From Candidatus Poribacteria bacterium (GTDB lineage Bacteria; Poribacteria; WGA-4E; WGA-3G), in the NCBI GenBank assembly GCA_022822085.1, contig JAJECK010000015.1:25782-89781 (forward strand): a DNA stretch of 64,000 nt, in the 5' to 3' direction. Shown piece after piece: positions 1-10,395 of the stretch. The notes under the pieces were generated by a model. The model did not search any database and was not told the DNA's origin. It worked only from the letters and a program-made list of their open reading frames with translations. Within the stretch, counting starts at the first letter, position 1, and each line of letters opens with the position of its first letter. A program made the position numbers and the translations under genes.

Positions 1-449
1 GGGCAATCATCGGTGGAGCCAGTACTGAAGAAGTTGATGTCTTCATAGAACTTGGGAAATCTTTGGGAGTTGCATTTCAAATTCAGGATGATGTCTTGAA
101 TCTCATTGGAGATGTTGGAAATTACGGTAAAGAAATTGCAGGAGACATTAGTGAGGGCAAACGGACGCTCGTACTTATCCACCTATTCAACGTATGCACT
201 CCAAAAGAAGCACAATCCGTAATTGACATTATGGCAAGACCCCGAACAGAAAAAACTGAGGCAGAGATACAAAGTGTCTTACAACTGATGCATAAATATA
301 ACTCTATTCAATATGCGCAGAAATGTTCTATCGAACTACTACAGGAAGCATCAGAACAATTTACTCATAAGTTTGCCCATCTCCCAAATAACAGGGCAAA
401 GCAACTATTTTTATCATTAATACATTTCTTTGTTGAACGCGAATATTAA
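1..449 (+). CDS. Polyprenyl (geranylgeranyl/farnesyl) diphosphate synthase, C-terminal part. The 5' end lies outside the window.
   Basis: The translation contains the second Asp-rich motif, FQIQDDVLN, followed by GKEIAGDISEGKRTLVLIH. This is characteristic of trans-isoprenyl diphosphate synthases. The frame is open to the window edge. Confidence 0.7.
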   Translation, partial: AIIGGASTEEVDVFIELGKSLGVAFQIQDDVLNLIGDVGNYGKEIAGDISEGKRTLVLIHLFNVCTPKEAQSVIDIMARPRTEKTEAEIQSVLQLMHKYNSIQYAQKCSIELLQEASEQFTHKFAHLPNNRAKQLFLSLIHFFVEREY

Positions 450-467
450 GAAGGAGAACACGTTTCA

Positions 468-1538
468 ATGGCTACTACGGCTATATCATCTGGAAAATTG
501 AGAGGCATAATGAAACTTGCGGATGCAAGTGGTAGATTTAAAATGATGGCGATTGACCAGCGAGGTTCTATGGTAACCGCTCTCGCTGATGTCCTTAGTA
601 TCGAAAAAACTGATGTAAAATACGATGATGTCGCATCCCTTAAGACCTTAATTACAAGGATACTTGCACCAAATGCCACCGCAATTCTTACTGACCCTAT
701 CTATGGACACCCATATTCTATCACTGAAATACCGCGTGATGTCGCACTACTTTTGGCTTACGAAGAATCTGGGTATGTAAGTGAGGGTGTTGCTGAAAAT
801 GAACGTCTTTCCAATCCAATTGAAAATTGGACAATTGCAAAGGCACAACGTGCGGGGGCAGATGCTATCAAACTTCTCGCTTATTACCATCCAGATGCTT
901 CAGAAGCAACCTTGAAACATCAACAAGCATTTGTCAAACATGTTGGAGACGAATGTGAAAAACAGGACATACCATTTCTGCTTGAACTTGTTAGTTATGC
1001 CTTTGAAGGAACGACAAAAAGCCTTGAGTTTGCTAAGCAGAAACCGGATTTGGTCATCCGTAGCGTACAAGAATTTACGGATCCATCCTATAAAGTTGAT
1101 ATTCTAAAGTTAGAATTTCCTGCGGATCTAAAATATACAGATGAATATAAGGACAGTGCATTTTATGCAGGTGCTTCAGCTTATGATTTAAGTGAGGTTA
1201 ATGACATCTGCGAGAAATTGGATGGGACTTCAACATTGCCGTGGGTTATTTTAAGTGCGGGTGTAGATATTGAGGAGTTTATTGAAAACGTCAAACTTGC
1301 TACCGCAGCAGGAGCAAGTGGATTCTTATGTGGACGTGCAATATGGAAAAAAGTTTTTGAATATTATCCTGATATTAGTGCTGTAACAGAATTCCTTGAG
1401 AATGAGGCGACGGCGAATTTTCATAATTCCAATGAAGCCGCAGGCATAGCATTACCTTGGTTTGAGCATCGTCAATTTGGAGGCGCGGAAAACATTCAAC
1501 TTGCGAAGCAATCTGAAAACTGGGTTCAAGATTATTAG
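468..1538 (+). CDS. Class I aldolase of the LacD/YihT family (tagatose-bisphosphate or sulfofructose-phosphate aldolase-like)
   Basis: The N-terminal ...KMMAIDQRGSM... matches the conserved AFDQRG motif of the LacD family. The size and lysine-rich TIM-barrel layout are plausible. A ribosome-binding site (RBS), aaggag, lies upstream. Confidence 0.55.
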   Translation: MATTAISSGKLRGIMKLADASGRFKMMAIDQRGSMVTALADVLSIEKTDVKYDDVASLKTLITRILAPNATAILTDPIYGHPYSITEIPRDVALLLAYEESGYVSEGVAENERLSNPIENWTIAKAQRAGADAIKLLAYYHPDASEATLKHQQAFVKHVGDECEKQDIPFLLELVSYAFEGTTKSLEFAKQKPDLVIRSVQEFTDPSYKVDILKLEFPADLKYTDEYKDSAFYAGASAYDLSEVNDICEKLDGTSTLPWVILSAGVDIEEFIENVKLATAAGASGFLCGRAIWKKVFEYYPDISAVTEFLENEATANFHNSNEAAGIALPWFEHRQFGGAENIQLAKQSENWVQDY

Positions 1539-1632
1539 AGTTGAGTATCAGAAATAATCAACTCTACTCAAATGAGAAATCTTGTGTTCCCGGTTTCTCG
1601 GCTTTTAATCTGGATATTTGATAGACTCAATG

Positions 1633-2112
1633 CTACTCAAGCAAGTTGTCGAGTTTATTTTTAACTTTGCGGGCAATTTCAAACGTGGTCTCTTCAGGTA
1701 TTTGTCCGCCAATTTCGGCAACTAAAACGACAACAGTTTCACGAACAAAAAGCCAATTCGCCCCAGCTTGCCACACTGAATCTCCAAGTTCGACTTGATC
1801 ACTGTCAACTGGTTGATAAACAGATTCACGTCCACCAAGTTTTAGCAAAGTTTGTGCGGATATCCGAAGACGACCTGAATCTGCTGCTGTATAAGCTTCA
1901 TCTGCTGTTTGATAAATCCAATAATGGAGAGCGATTTGCTCAGAAGGTACATGGTTTAACCACCATCGATCACGCCATCCCAATAGCGCAATCGGTTTAG
2001 CAGGGGCTGTCAGCGAATATAACTCTTGTTGAGAACTTAAACGTGCCGAATACTCTGACAAGTCCGATTCTGTTAACTGAATTGATTCCAGGGTAATGTT
2101 CATAATAAACAT
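1633..2112 (-). CDS. Hypothetical protein
   Basis: A 160-166 codon ORF on the minus strand with no recognisable motifs. The start is uncertain (several Met codons at 2133, 2112 and 2103). Confidence 0.35.
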   Translation of the reverse strand: MFIMNITLESIQLTESDLSEYSARLSSQQELYSLTAPAKPIALLGWRDRWWLNHVPSEQIALHYWIYQTADEAYTAADSGRLRISAQTLLKLGGRESVYQPVDSDQVELGDSVWQAGANWLFVRETVVVLVAEIGGQIPEETTFEIARKVKNKLDNLLE

Positions 2113-2351
2113 GATACCATGTTCACGGCACAAATTCTAATTAAAATAAATTTTTATAAACATTTTCTACAAAAATAACAACTAATAGATTAAGCATGTA
2201 GTATCTATATAAAATCTTGGTATTCTATTTAAAGGGGTTTCGGGACTATATCAAAGCATATATTTTGCATACTGAAACGCCAGGCTTTATAAGCATTTAG
2301 ATAAAATTCTCTAAATTGATACTATTGTAATCTAAGTAGTATCAAGTAATT

Positions 2352-3560
2352 ATGAAAATACTTTCACGTTATTGTCTTAAAGAGTTCATACCACCTTTTC
2401 TTATTGCCCTCTTATGTTTTACATGTATAATCCTTTTTGATGAACTTTTTCGACTTGTAAAACTCTTTGTTAAAAAAGGTGTAAATCCATTTTACTTAAT
2501 GGAATCGTTGTTGTATGTAATGCCAGCAACAGTTGTCTTATCTATTCCGATGGCTGCGTTAGTTGCTATCCTTCTGGCGTTAGGAAGATTCTCAACCGAT
2601 TCAGAAATTATGGCAATGCGTGCGCACGGGATAGCATTCCATCAACTTATGATACCGCTGATTAGTGCTACTGTTCTCTTGAGTGCAATTGACTTAGTTA
2701 TGATGGAATATGTTCTTCCAAAAGCAACTCTTGCATCCGTTTCTCTCAAACGCGACATCCAAAGACATAATCCTGCCCTCATTTTGGAAGAGGGTACCGT
2801 CATGAAAGAACTTCAGACTGAAGGTAAACTGTGGATGTACGAATCTACTGACCCAAAAACGGAACGTCTTCAAAATGTAAAAATCTGGGATCAAATATAT
2901 CCAGGACAACCTCGTCTTACGCTTGCCAAAACTGCTACTCTCGGATATGATAATGGGAATGCTAAATTAACACTTTACGATGGTGAAACTTATGAACCAC
3001 AGACAGATGGTTCAGAAGGTTTTAGAGTAACGCATTTTCAACAACAGCACATTTCACTTGACTTTACTAAGGACTTACAACGCGGTGAATATAAGTCGCA
3101 ACATCCGCAAACTATGCGTGTCGGTGAACTAAAAACCCATATTGAAAAATTAGAAAAATCTATAAATCTAAAACCGGATAGAATCTCCGAGTATACCGTT
3201 AATAAACTGCGGTATTCTAAAGTAGAATTTCACAAGAAGTTTGCACTCCCATTTGCCTGCTTAGCGTTTGGTATCATCGGTATCCCACTCGGGTTTATGG
3301 TCAAAAAGAACGGCAGAATGATTGGATTTGGTATTGGATTAGCTGTGATATTACTATATTATCTTCTGCTTCAGATAGGTCAAAATTCTGGTATCAACGG
3401 AAAATTACACCCCGCGTTTGCCATGTGGATTCCTAATATTGTAATTGGTGTAATTGGTATGGTACTCATTATGAGGATGTTCGGTGAAGGCAAACTCAAA
3501 GCTATGCAGAAAAAAGAACGCAAAATACCGTTGGTTGTTAACAGAAAAGCGGAATCTTAA
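2352..3560 (+). CDS. LPS export ABC transporter permease of the LptF/LptG (YjgP/YjgQ) family
   Basis: The N-terminus MKILSRYCLKEFIPPFLIALLCF is typical of YjgP/YjgQ permeases. It has multiple transmembrane segments, a periplasmic loop, and C-terminal transmembrane helices. It is paired with the next gene. Confidence 0.7.
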   Translation: MKILSRYCLKEFIPPFLIALLCFTCIILFDELFRLVKLFVKKGVNPFYLMESLLYVMPATVVLSIPMAALVAILLALGRFSTDSEIMAMRAHGIAFHQLMIPLISATVLLSAIDLVMMEYVLPKATLASVSLKRDIQRHNPALILEEGTVMKELQTEGKLWMYESTDPKTERLQNVKIWDQIYPGQPRLTLAKTATLGYDNGNAKLTLYDGETYEPQTDGSEGFRVTHFQQQHISLDFTKDLQRGEYKSQHPQTMRVGELKTHIEKLEKSINLKPDRISEYTVNKLRYSKVEFHKKFALPFACLAFGIIGIPLGFMVKKNGRMIGFGIGLAVILLYYLLLQIGQNSGINGKLHPAFAMWIPNIVIGVIGMVLIMRMFGEGKLKAMQKKERKIPLVVNRKAES

Positions 3561-3584
3561 TGTGTCATTAACAGGAATAATCAC

Positions 3585-4646
3585 TTGAACATTTTAGACA
3601 GGTATCTACTCAAGGACTACCTAAAGGCATTTTTTGTAGGTTTCCTATTCTTTAGCGCGCTCGTTGTCGTTGTCCGATTATTAGATAAGGACATAAAACA
3701 CTTTGAAGAAGGTATCTCTTACCTCACTGCGGTTAAAATAGTTTTGTACCAAGCACCACGACGGATAATGGAGATAGTCCCGGTTTCAGGTTTTGTCGCT
3801 ATTTTCTTCGTCCTCGGTCGCATGGTTCGCAACAACGAATTTGTTGCGATGAAAGCTGGTGGTATAAGTGTCTATAGAATACTGACACCTGTTATTATTG
3901 TTACGCTGTTACTATGTATAGTTTTCGCAGTATTCTATGATCGAGTTGCTTCTCCCATATTTCATCAGGCAAATCTATTGCAGAAAAAAGCAACACCGAA
4001 ACACGGAAGGTATCTTATATTTAAGGGGAAAGGCAACCGTGAATTTTACTTACATCAAATTAATTTGGTAGAGAAAAAAATTAATAAATTGACAATTTGG
4101 GAGTCAAATGAAGCAGGAGAGATTGATCGCATAATTTTTGCCAAAAATGCAACTTGGACACCGACACACTGGCAGATGAGTAATGGAGACATCCGCTATT
4201 TTGAGTATGGAGTGGAAATAGGGTATGAGACTTTTGATGAGAAGTCAATTGAGCGGCATGAGGATCCCGCTCGTTTCATAGGTAGTGATAAAGACCCGCG
4301 CGCCATGACCATTAAGGAATTAAAGGAACAGATTGCCTATAAAAAGGAAGCTGGACAAATCTCACGAATAGAACAGGTCAAGTTGCATCACAAAATCGCC
4401 TATCCTTTCGCTGCGGTTGTCGTTGTCATGTTAGGCTCACCAATTGCAATCCGGTTTGGAAAAGCAGGATTTTTTGCAGGATTAGTCATTGCATTCTTTC
4501 TGGTATTTATCTATTGGGCAATCTCCTTCGCAACACTTGAAGGATTAAGTGAAAACGGTAAACTTCATCCATTTTTAGCATGTTGGGGTGCAAACATCAT
4601 CTATGGAATTGTTGGTACTTTGCTAATATGGCAAACTCCAAGATAG
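3585..4646 (+). CDS. LPS export ABC transporter permease of the LptF/LptG (YjgP/YjgQ) family, second paralog
   Basis: The N-terminus MNILDRYLLKDYLKAFFVGFLFF is typical. Its architecture matches the upstream gene, giving a classic lptF-lptG tandem. Confidence 0.7.
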   Translation: MNILDRYLLKDYLKAFFVGFLFFSALVVVVRLLDKDIKHFEEGISYLTAVKIVLYQAPRRIMEIVPVSGFVAIFFVLGRMVRNNEFVAMKAGGISVYRILTPVIIVTLLLCIVFAVFYDRVASPIFHQANLLQKKATPKHGRYLIFKGKGNREFYLHQINLVEKKINKLTIWESNEAGEIDRIIFAKNATWTPTHWQMSNGDIRYFEYGVEIGYETFDEKSIERHEDPARFIGSDKDPRAMTIKELKEQIAYKKEAGQISRIEQVKLHHKIAYPFAAVVVVMLGSPIAIRFGKAGFFAGLVIAFFLVFIYWAISFATLEGLSENGKLHPFLACWGANIIYGIVGTLLIWQTPR

Positions 4647-4705
4647 TTATTGATATAAACTGCTTCTGTTACATTTCACAGAACGCAATTTTATCAGATT
4701 AGTCC

Positions 4706-5305
4706 TTGCCTTCGGAACCGAAAATACCTCTCATGATTTCACAAAAATTCGGTAATTTCTTCTTCAGAATCCGAAGTTTCACACCTATTCCATTTATCTT
4801 AGCACTTCTGTATTTCGCAAGACCTACTTGGCTCAGTGCGACTGTCAGTATTCCATTCATTACAGTAGGGGAATTGTTGCGAATTTGGGCAGTAGGTTAT
4901 GCTGGTGGAACGACACGTGCTACTGCTCTCGGTGCCGCACGCGACCTTGTAACCACTGGACCCTATAGTTATGTGCGCAACCCTCTGTATCTCGGAAATT
5001 TACTACTCAGTATCGGAATAACGTTGTTCACGAACATATATTTGCTAATTCCTATCTTAATTATTGGATTTTTCATTCAATATGTGCCTATCATTGCAGT
5101 TGAAGAGACATATTTGTTAGAATCTTGTAGACAAGTATATGAAGAATATCAATCAGAAGTGTCACGTTTTCTCCCGAATTTTCGTCCCTATACAAATCCA
5201 TCATCCCATGACTTTTCTTGGTCACGTGCCTTCAAAAGTGAAAGACGTACCTTGACTGCTATTATCACTGTTATGGCATTGATATTCGCCAGAGTATATG
5301 TATGA
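4706..5305 (+). CDS. Membrane methyltransferase of the isoprenylcysteine carboxyl / phospholipid methyltransferase family
   Basis: The motif GPYSYVRNPLYLGNLL (G-x-Y-x-x-R-[HN]-P-x-Y-x-G) is characteristic of the ICMT/PEMT family. It lies within a polytopic membrane protein. Confidence 0.55.
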   Translation: MPSEPKIPLMISQKFGNFFFRIRSFTPIPFILALLYFARPTWLSATVSIPFITVGELLRIWAVGYAGGTTRATALGAARDLVTTGPYSYVRNPLYLGNLLLSIGITLFTNIYLLIPILIIGFFIQYVPIIAVEETYLLESCRQVYEEYQSEVSRFLPNFRPYTNPSSHDFSWSRAFKSERRTLTAIITVMALIFARVYV

Positions 5306-5560
5306 GTTTATTGTTTATACATAGGGCATACATATTTTCATTGTTATGTAAGGATATGTCATGAAGAAGGATATGTCAGATTTACACTAAAAATTAGTAG
5401 GAACGTTCCGCGTTCCGTCCGCAAGTTCAAACTGCAATTGGACAACGGAGAATCACTTGAATTGCGTCTCTGTTTGTGTTGATAAACCAAATAATTAATG
5501 CACCCGCAGGATGAAACTATATTTACAACGCAATAGGTTGTTTTACAAATATTCACGGAA

Positions 5561-6412
5561 TTGATTTTAGGAGGTGCCACAGCTGTGAAAGGAAGCAAGA
5601 AGGTTAAAATAATCATAAGTATCCTTAGTGTACTAGTTGTTGGGCTCATTGGATGGCAAGTGTTGAAAACCCAAACGCCTGACGTAAAGAAAATCCAACG
5701 AATGAACAAGACAAGCGGGGTAAATGACCGGAGAATCACTAAATATCCGTTTGTTCAGAGTGCTACAGAAAGGGAAACAGAAACACAACAAGAAGAGGTA
5801 GACATTGGACATCCTAAAATAGAAATACTACCTGTTCCAGAGACCGTGCCTACCGCTCAAAGCAGCGATGCTGAAATCAAGGAGTTTCAAGCCTGGCTTT
5901 CCTCCATCGTTAAGGAGGACAATCAAAAGGAAACAGAACAAGAGGATTCAAGTGCAGAAGTGGAAGAGAATAACGAATTCAATTCTGATCTTGAGACATC
6001 ACGTATAAAAATCATGATTGAGGATCAATGGAAAAATAGTCTTGAAACTTACGATATTGAAGGGTATATGTCCGCGATATGGGAAGATAATTTCTTCTAT
6101 GTCAGCGACATGGGCACACCTGATAATCAAGATGACGATCTGATAATTCGGAGTGGTCAACAAGAACGCGAAGCGGCATTGAATATGTTCAATACATTAG
6201 ATAGTATTCAATTGAATCTCTATAGAAATAGAGAAATTGAATTTTTGAGTAGGACGCTCGCTATCGCTGACTACGATTACGAACTCAAACTTTTCTCTCC
6301 AATGCCAATCAAAACAAATCCATCAGGACGCATGATTTTTATCTTGGAACTTCGAGAAGGTACTGATTGGCGTATTCTCGAATGGTATGATTTTGCAAAC
6401 CCAGATCCATAA
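5561..6412 (+). CDS. Hypothetical membrane-anchored acidic protein
   Basis: It has an N-terminal transmembrane helix (IISILSVLVVGLIGW) followed by an E/D/Q-rich region. No motif was recognised. The start may be an internal GTG. Confidence 0.4.
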   Translation: MILGGATAVKGSKKVKIIISILSVLVVGLIGWQVLKTQTPDVKKIQRMNKTSGVNDRRITKYPFVQSATERETETQQEEVDIGHPKIEILPVPETVPTAQSSDAEIKEFQAWLSSIVKEDNQKETEQEDSSAEVEENNEFNSDLETSRIKIMIEDQWKNSLETYDIEGYMSAIWEDNFFYVSDMGTPDNQDDDLIIRSGQQEREAALNMFNTLDSIQLNLYRNREIEFLSRTLAIADYDYELKLFSPMPIKTNPSGRMIFILELREGTDWRILEWYDFANPDP

Positions 6413-6995
6413 GAATTCCTCACACCTAAAATTCGTTTCAATCCAGATTCCATCTCCGTTGGCTGTCCATTGCTTATCAACGTATAACGAGGTTATATAA
6501 TGGATTTTGGCAATCAGGTTTCCCTGTCAGTAGTCATACCAGTATATAATAACGTGAGTTTGATAATAGATATATGAACTTCATTTGTCCGAAATATAGC
6601 TCTCATAGACACGGAAGGTGCGGTTTCCTGACCACACCATTGATATATTAACATATCTCGCTACCCTCTTTAGTTCCATGGAGGACCTAAAACCCCATAC
6701 AAATTACTACCATTTAGCATTAACGGAACAATAAAGAACAGCGAAAATATCGAAAACAAAACAACCCTGTTCTTTATACAAAATTCACTTGACAGTCATA
6801 ACATTAAAGATATAAAATATAAGTAGCGTAATTTATAAGCATAGAATTACGGTGTCAAAGACCAACCTGCTCTGAACCTTTAAGATTACATAGACGAATT
6901 TGTTGACTAATGCACCAACTATGTAGAACCTCTTGAATGTTCGTGAGTGATGATTTAAAACACACCAAATATCCAAACAGAAGGAGAAAATTAAG

Positions 6996-7682
6996 ATGAA
7001 AAAGACATTTTACGCTCTTATCATACCCGCAATACTTACAATTCTGTTTACCCTTCCAGTAAATCTTGCTTTTTCACGTGCTTTTAACAATGATTTTGAA
7101 ACAGGTGACTTAACGGATTGGGAAAAAGAGGGTACAGCATTTGATTTCCAACCCACATGGGGCGACAACCCAACAGCACGCGGCAGAGGACAGCCTTCCC
7201 AACATCAAGGTGAATGGTGGCTCGGACTATTTGAAAAGTATCCGGGAGAAGACAAAGCAAAAGCTCTTGGTGTGAACCCAGGTGCCACACAAGGAGATGC
7301 ACCACAAGGCAAACTTACTTCAATTGAATTCAAAATAATCGGTGATTCCATGAATTTTCTCATCGGTGGTGGTAATCATCCTTGGGGAGGTAATACACCT
7401 TGTTGTGTCAACCTTGAAATTAACGGCGACGTAGAACGAACTGCAACCGGTAATGCCACTGAAACAATGAGTCGAAAAGAGTGGGATGTTTCCGACTTGA
7501 AAGGCCAAACCGCCAAACTTGTCGTTGTAGATCAAAACGGCGGTGGTTGGGGCCATCCAAACTTTGACGATGTACATCAAGCCGATGCAGACGGTGAAAA
7601 TATACCGTGGGATAGAGTCCTTGCCGTTGAAGCACAGGGGAAGTTAGCTGTGAGCTGGGCACAGATGAAAAAGTACTATTAG
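6996..7682 (+). CDS. Secreted protein carrying the conserved C-terminal KLxxxW..K tail
   Basis: An RBS (aaggagaaaattaag) precedes the ATG. It has a signal peptide (MKKTFYALIIPAILTILFTLPVNLAFS). It ends with ...VEAQGKLAVSWAQMKKYY, matching the tail shared by four other secreted proteins in the window. Confidence 0.6.
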   Translation: MKKTFYALIIPAILTILFTLPVNLAFSRAFNNDFETGDLTDWEKEGTAFDFQPTWGDNPTARGRGQPSQHQGEWWLGLFEKYPGEDKAKALGVNPGATQGDAPQGKLTSIEFKIIGDSMNFLIGGGNHPWGGNTPCCVNLEINGDVERTATGNATETMSRKEWDVSDLKGQTAKLVVVDQNGGGWGHPNFDDVHQADADGENIPWDRVLAVEAQGKLAVSWAQMKKYY

Positions 7683-7869
7683 GTGTTAGGTCATACTGTT
7701 ATTAACAACCATTATTACATTATATAATATAGTTTTTCAAAACAGAAGGAGATATTTCAGAGGAATAAATTCGCTTTTTCAATTATGATTTTTTTCCTCA
7801 TCGCTATCTTGTTCATTATGTCTGTTGACATCGCTTTTGCTCGAACATTTACTTGGTTGTAGTCTTAGT

Positions 7870-8382
7870 ATGCTCAGCGACGAAGGCAAGCGATGGATAC
7901 AAGATCAATTCACACATGAAAATAAGAAACTTGAAGAACGCGCTTCTCAGCTTACAAAAAAGAACACTGAACTTATAAAAGTCAATAGCGGTCTGAAGAA
8001 TGAGGATGATCTTCCTTTGCCACCCCAACAGATTCATAGTGAAGTCAAACCTGATAAGATTTTTCGTGTTGGAGATAAGCTTCCATCCTTTACTTTCAAT
8101 GATGTTACCGACTCGAGTATCAAAATGGCTATAGTCGGGCGCGACGCGACGTTCGGCTTCGGTTTCTTTGATGGAATATATTGGGTCGGCGGGATCCTGA
8201 CTGTGCAGGGTGTTAAGTATGGCCCCAGTGTAATAGCAATTTCAGATAAGAAGGCATGGATAGAACTAAAGGATGGAACTCGCTATGTCTGTCTAACTGA
8301 AGGAGGATGCATAATTCGTCAGGAAGATTATATCATCATTCGGGGGGACATAAAAGTTTCTTACAAAAATGGCAGTAAGTAG
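7870..8382 (+). CDS. Hypothetical protein
   Basis: ORF with a coiled-coil-like N-terminus. The ATG at 7870 (MLSDEGK) is preferred over the longer tracker start at 7825. No motif was recognised. Confidence 0.35.
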   Translation: MLSDEGKRWIQDQFTHENKKLEERASQLTKKNTELIKVNSGLKNEDDLPLPPQQIHSEVKPDKIFRVGDKLPSFTFNDVTDSSIKMAIVGRDATFGFGFFDGIYWVGGILTVQGVKYGPSVIAISDKKAWIELKDGTRYVCLTEGGCIIRQEDYIIIRGDIKVSYKNGSK

Positions 8383-8558
8383 GTTTTCACAATGGACTTA
8401 CCGCGATAAACGGACAGCTCAAAATTGAGTTGGATCAAATACGTTAAGCAAAAATCAAATCTCGATAACACGTTACCCTCCAAACCTCACCAAAGTTGCC
8501 ACCGATAAACCTGTCCGTGGCAACTTGATTTTTAACAGAGGTATTCAATGGTCGATAT

Positions 8559-8795
8559 TTATTCCGATAAGTTCAATTGCTTGTTTTGGATTTGCGGCAA
8601 ATAACGAAGTCCATAGGCTATTTCGGTCCATTCTGAAGTTCGTAACAAACTTATCACGGCATTGCGTAGTGCTGCCATGACTTGTGGAATGTTGCCACAT
8701 CGCACATGTGATGCGTCTTCACCAAATAACATATCTCGTGTCCGGAACAACTGCCAGTGAGCGGTCCTGAAAATGTCAAAACCTTTTTGTGATTG
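8559..8795 (-). pseudogene. IS4/ISAs1-type DDE transposase, C-terminal remnant only
   Basis: The minus-strand translation ...TAHWQLFRTRDMLFGEDASHVRCGNIPQVMAALRNAVISLLR matches the C-terminal HW...D..FGEDASR.R....N.A.LR..A.NLL signature of DDE_Tnp_1 transposases. Only about 78 residues are open before an upstream stop, and there are no catalytic-core ORFs. Confidence 0.5.
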
Positions 8796-8960
8796 TCAAT
8801 CGTCCTGCTACAAATTGCAATGTTAGTCAACTCAATCTACAACGGACCAAGTAGAGAAGTTTCAAGGATGAAGACCTTATTTCAATAGAAAATAAGAGGT
8901 GAATATTACTATTTTGTTATACAGGTTTATGCACATCCCTCAATTAAATCTAATACCCAA

Positions 8961-9048
8961 TGTCCGTTGGGTTGAGGGACGAAACCCAACATGGAGTGCT
9001 CTATAATGCGTAAAGATGTTGGGTTTCGCCCCTCAACCCAACCTACGA
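8961..9048. repeat. Hairpin-forming REP/MITE-like repeat (family CGTAGGTyGGGTwGAGG...CCTCwACCCrAC)
   Basis: It is an inverted repeat: gggttgagggacgaaacccaacat ... atgttgggtttcgcccctcaaccc. Other members are at 28440-28545, 44050-44140, 52560-52640 and 52650/52930-53015, with a half copy at 14748-14790. Confidence 0.7.
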
Positions 9049-9194
9049 AGATTTATCAAACTCACGTTCTATTTAGGTGATTGTATCTATAGTTGAAGTT
9101 TGTATACTTTTGCGAATGAGTTTAATAAATCCGTCCGTTTTTTCATGTGAATAGACTAATGCATAACTGATTATAGAAAATCTAATTTTATAAT

Positions 9195-9235
9195 TTAAAT
9201 TATCCTTGACAAAAAAATGAAATTATATTATACTA
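9195..9235 (+). promoter_or_regulatory. Sigma70-like promoter for the 9341 gene
   Basis: TTGACA-17 nt-TATACT (cttgacaaaaaaatgaaattatattatact) lies about 100 nt upstream of the start. Confidence 0.4.
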
Positions 9236-9340
9236 ATAACTTATATATCACAACTGTAATATGTTCATTGATACAATCAAGATGTAATGATATAGGAAGT
9301 AATTTATCCAATTAATTACATTTTCAGATATACATATATA

Positions 9341-10189
9341 ATGGAGGTTTATGTACAAATGAAATCTTGGAATTTGACATTACTTGCAACGATAATATCA
9401 ATAATACTAACTTTTAATATTTCTCTATATTCTTATGCTCAAGGCGAAGCTAATGTGAAAGGCGGCCCTTTGAAAGAAGCTGATTTTTTCACAAAACCAC
9501 CAGGGACAGTAGACGAAGACCATTCTGGCTTTAACACCTGGATCAGCAAGTGGTATGGACCTGATGGAAATTACACAAATACTGGTGGTCCAGGAAATGT
9601 TATAAGAAGAGATCTTATTGACGAAGGGACTGATGGCAAACTAACTCAGGTTACGCTATCTACCCTTGCCGGTTTGCAGAAAACAAAAAATATAGATGAG
9701 ATTGATTGGGAAGATGCAAACGGAGGTCCTCGACAATGGAATGTCTTTGAATTAGATCCTAACAGTGACAATAACATGAATAGGAATGGTCCTGCCGATA
9801 ACATTGACATCTACGGTATTCTTGTAATTGATGCACCGAAGGCGATGACATCTGTAATGTCACCCGCCCACGATAATAATGCACAAATCTGGATTAATGG
9901 CGAAAAATGGTATTATCACCCCGATTGGACCGGCGGCGCAAAAAAGGTTGACTACAACGTTGAAATCAAGCTTCAGAAAGGTGCTAACGTGCTGCTGTAC
10001 CGCGTAAGTGAAGGTGGAGGAGGTGCTTATATGAACCTCCATTTTGATGATGAAACACATGATACGGTCGATATCTATCCAGATGCAGCTACAAACAAAG
10101 ATGAATTCTTCAAAGAAATTGATGGAGTTCTATCTGTAGAACCAGTTGGTAAGTTAACAACTATTTGGGCAGATATTAAACGAGACTAA
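9341..10189 (+). CDS. Secreted protein carrying the conserved C-terminal KLTTIW..IK tail
   Basis: It has a signal peptide (LTLLATIISIILTFNISLYSYAQG). It ends ...VEPVGKLTTIWADIKRD. It is Gly-rich with no enzyme motif. Confidence 0.55.
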   Translation: MEVYVQMKSWNLTLLATIISIILTFNISLYSYAQGEANVKGGPLKEADFFTKPPGTVDEDHSGFNTWISKWYGPDGNYTNTGGPGNVIRRDLIDEGTDGKLTQVTLSTLAGLQKTKNIDEIDWEDANGGPRQWNVFELDPNSDNNMNRNGPADNIDIYGILVIDAPKAMTSVMSPAHDNNAQIWINGEKWYYHPDWTGGAKKVDYNVEIKLQKGANVLLYRVSEGGGGAYMNLHFDDETHDTVDIYPDAATNKDEFFKEIDGVLSVEPVGKLTTIWADIKRD

Positions 10190-10395
10190 TTTACAATACA
10201 TTCATCAGTGTTGATACTTCTTTATATAATTTGGTGGATAGGAATCATCTATACTTCCTATTCGCCATTTTTACTTAATTCCTTATCTTGAATGAAAAAA
10301 TATCGATAATTTGACAGCTACAAGATGGAGTAATGTCAAATATATATTTCTGACATATTCTTGATAATTGTGTCATTAATCGTTATAATTATTAT

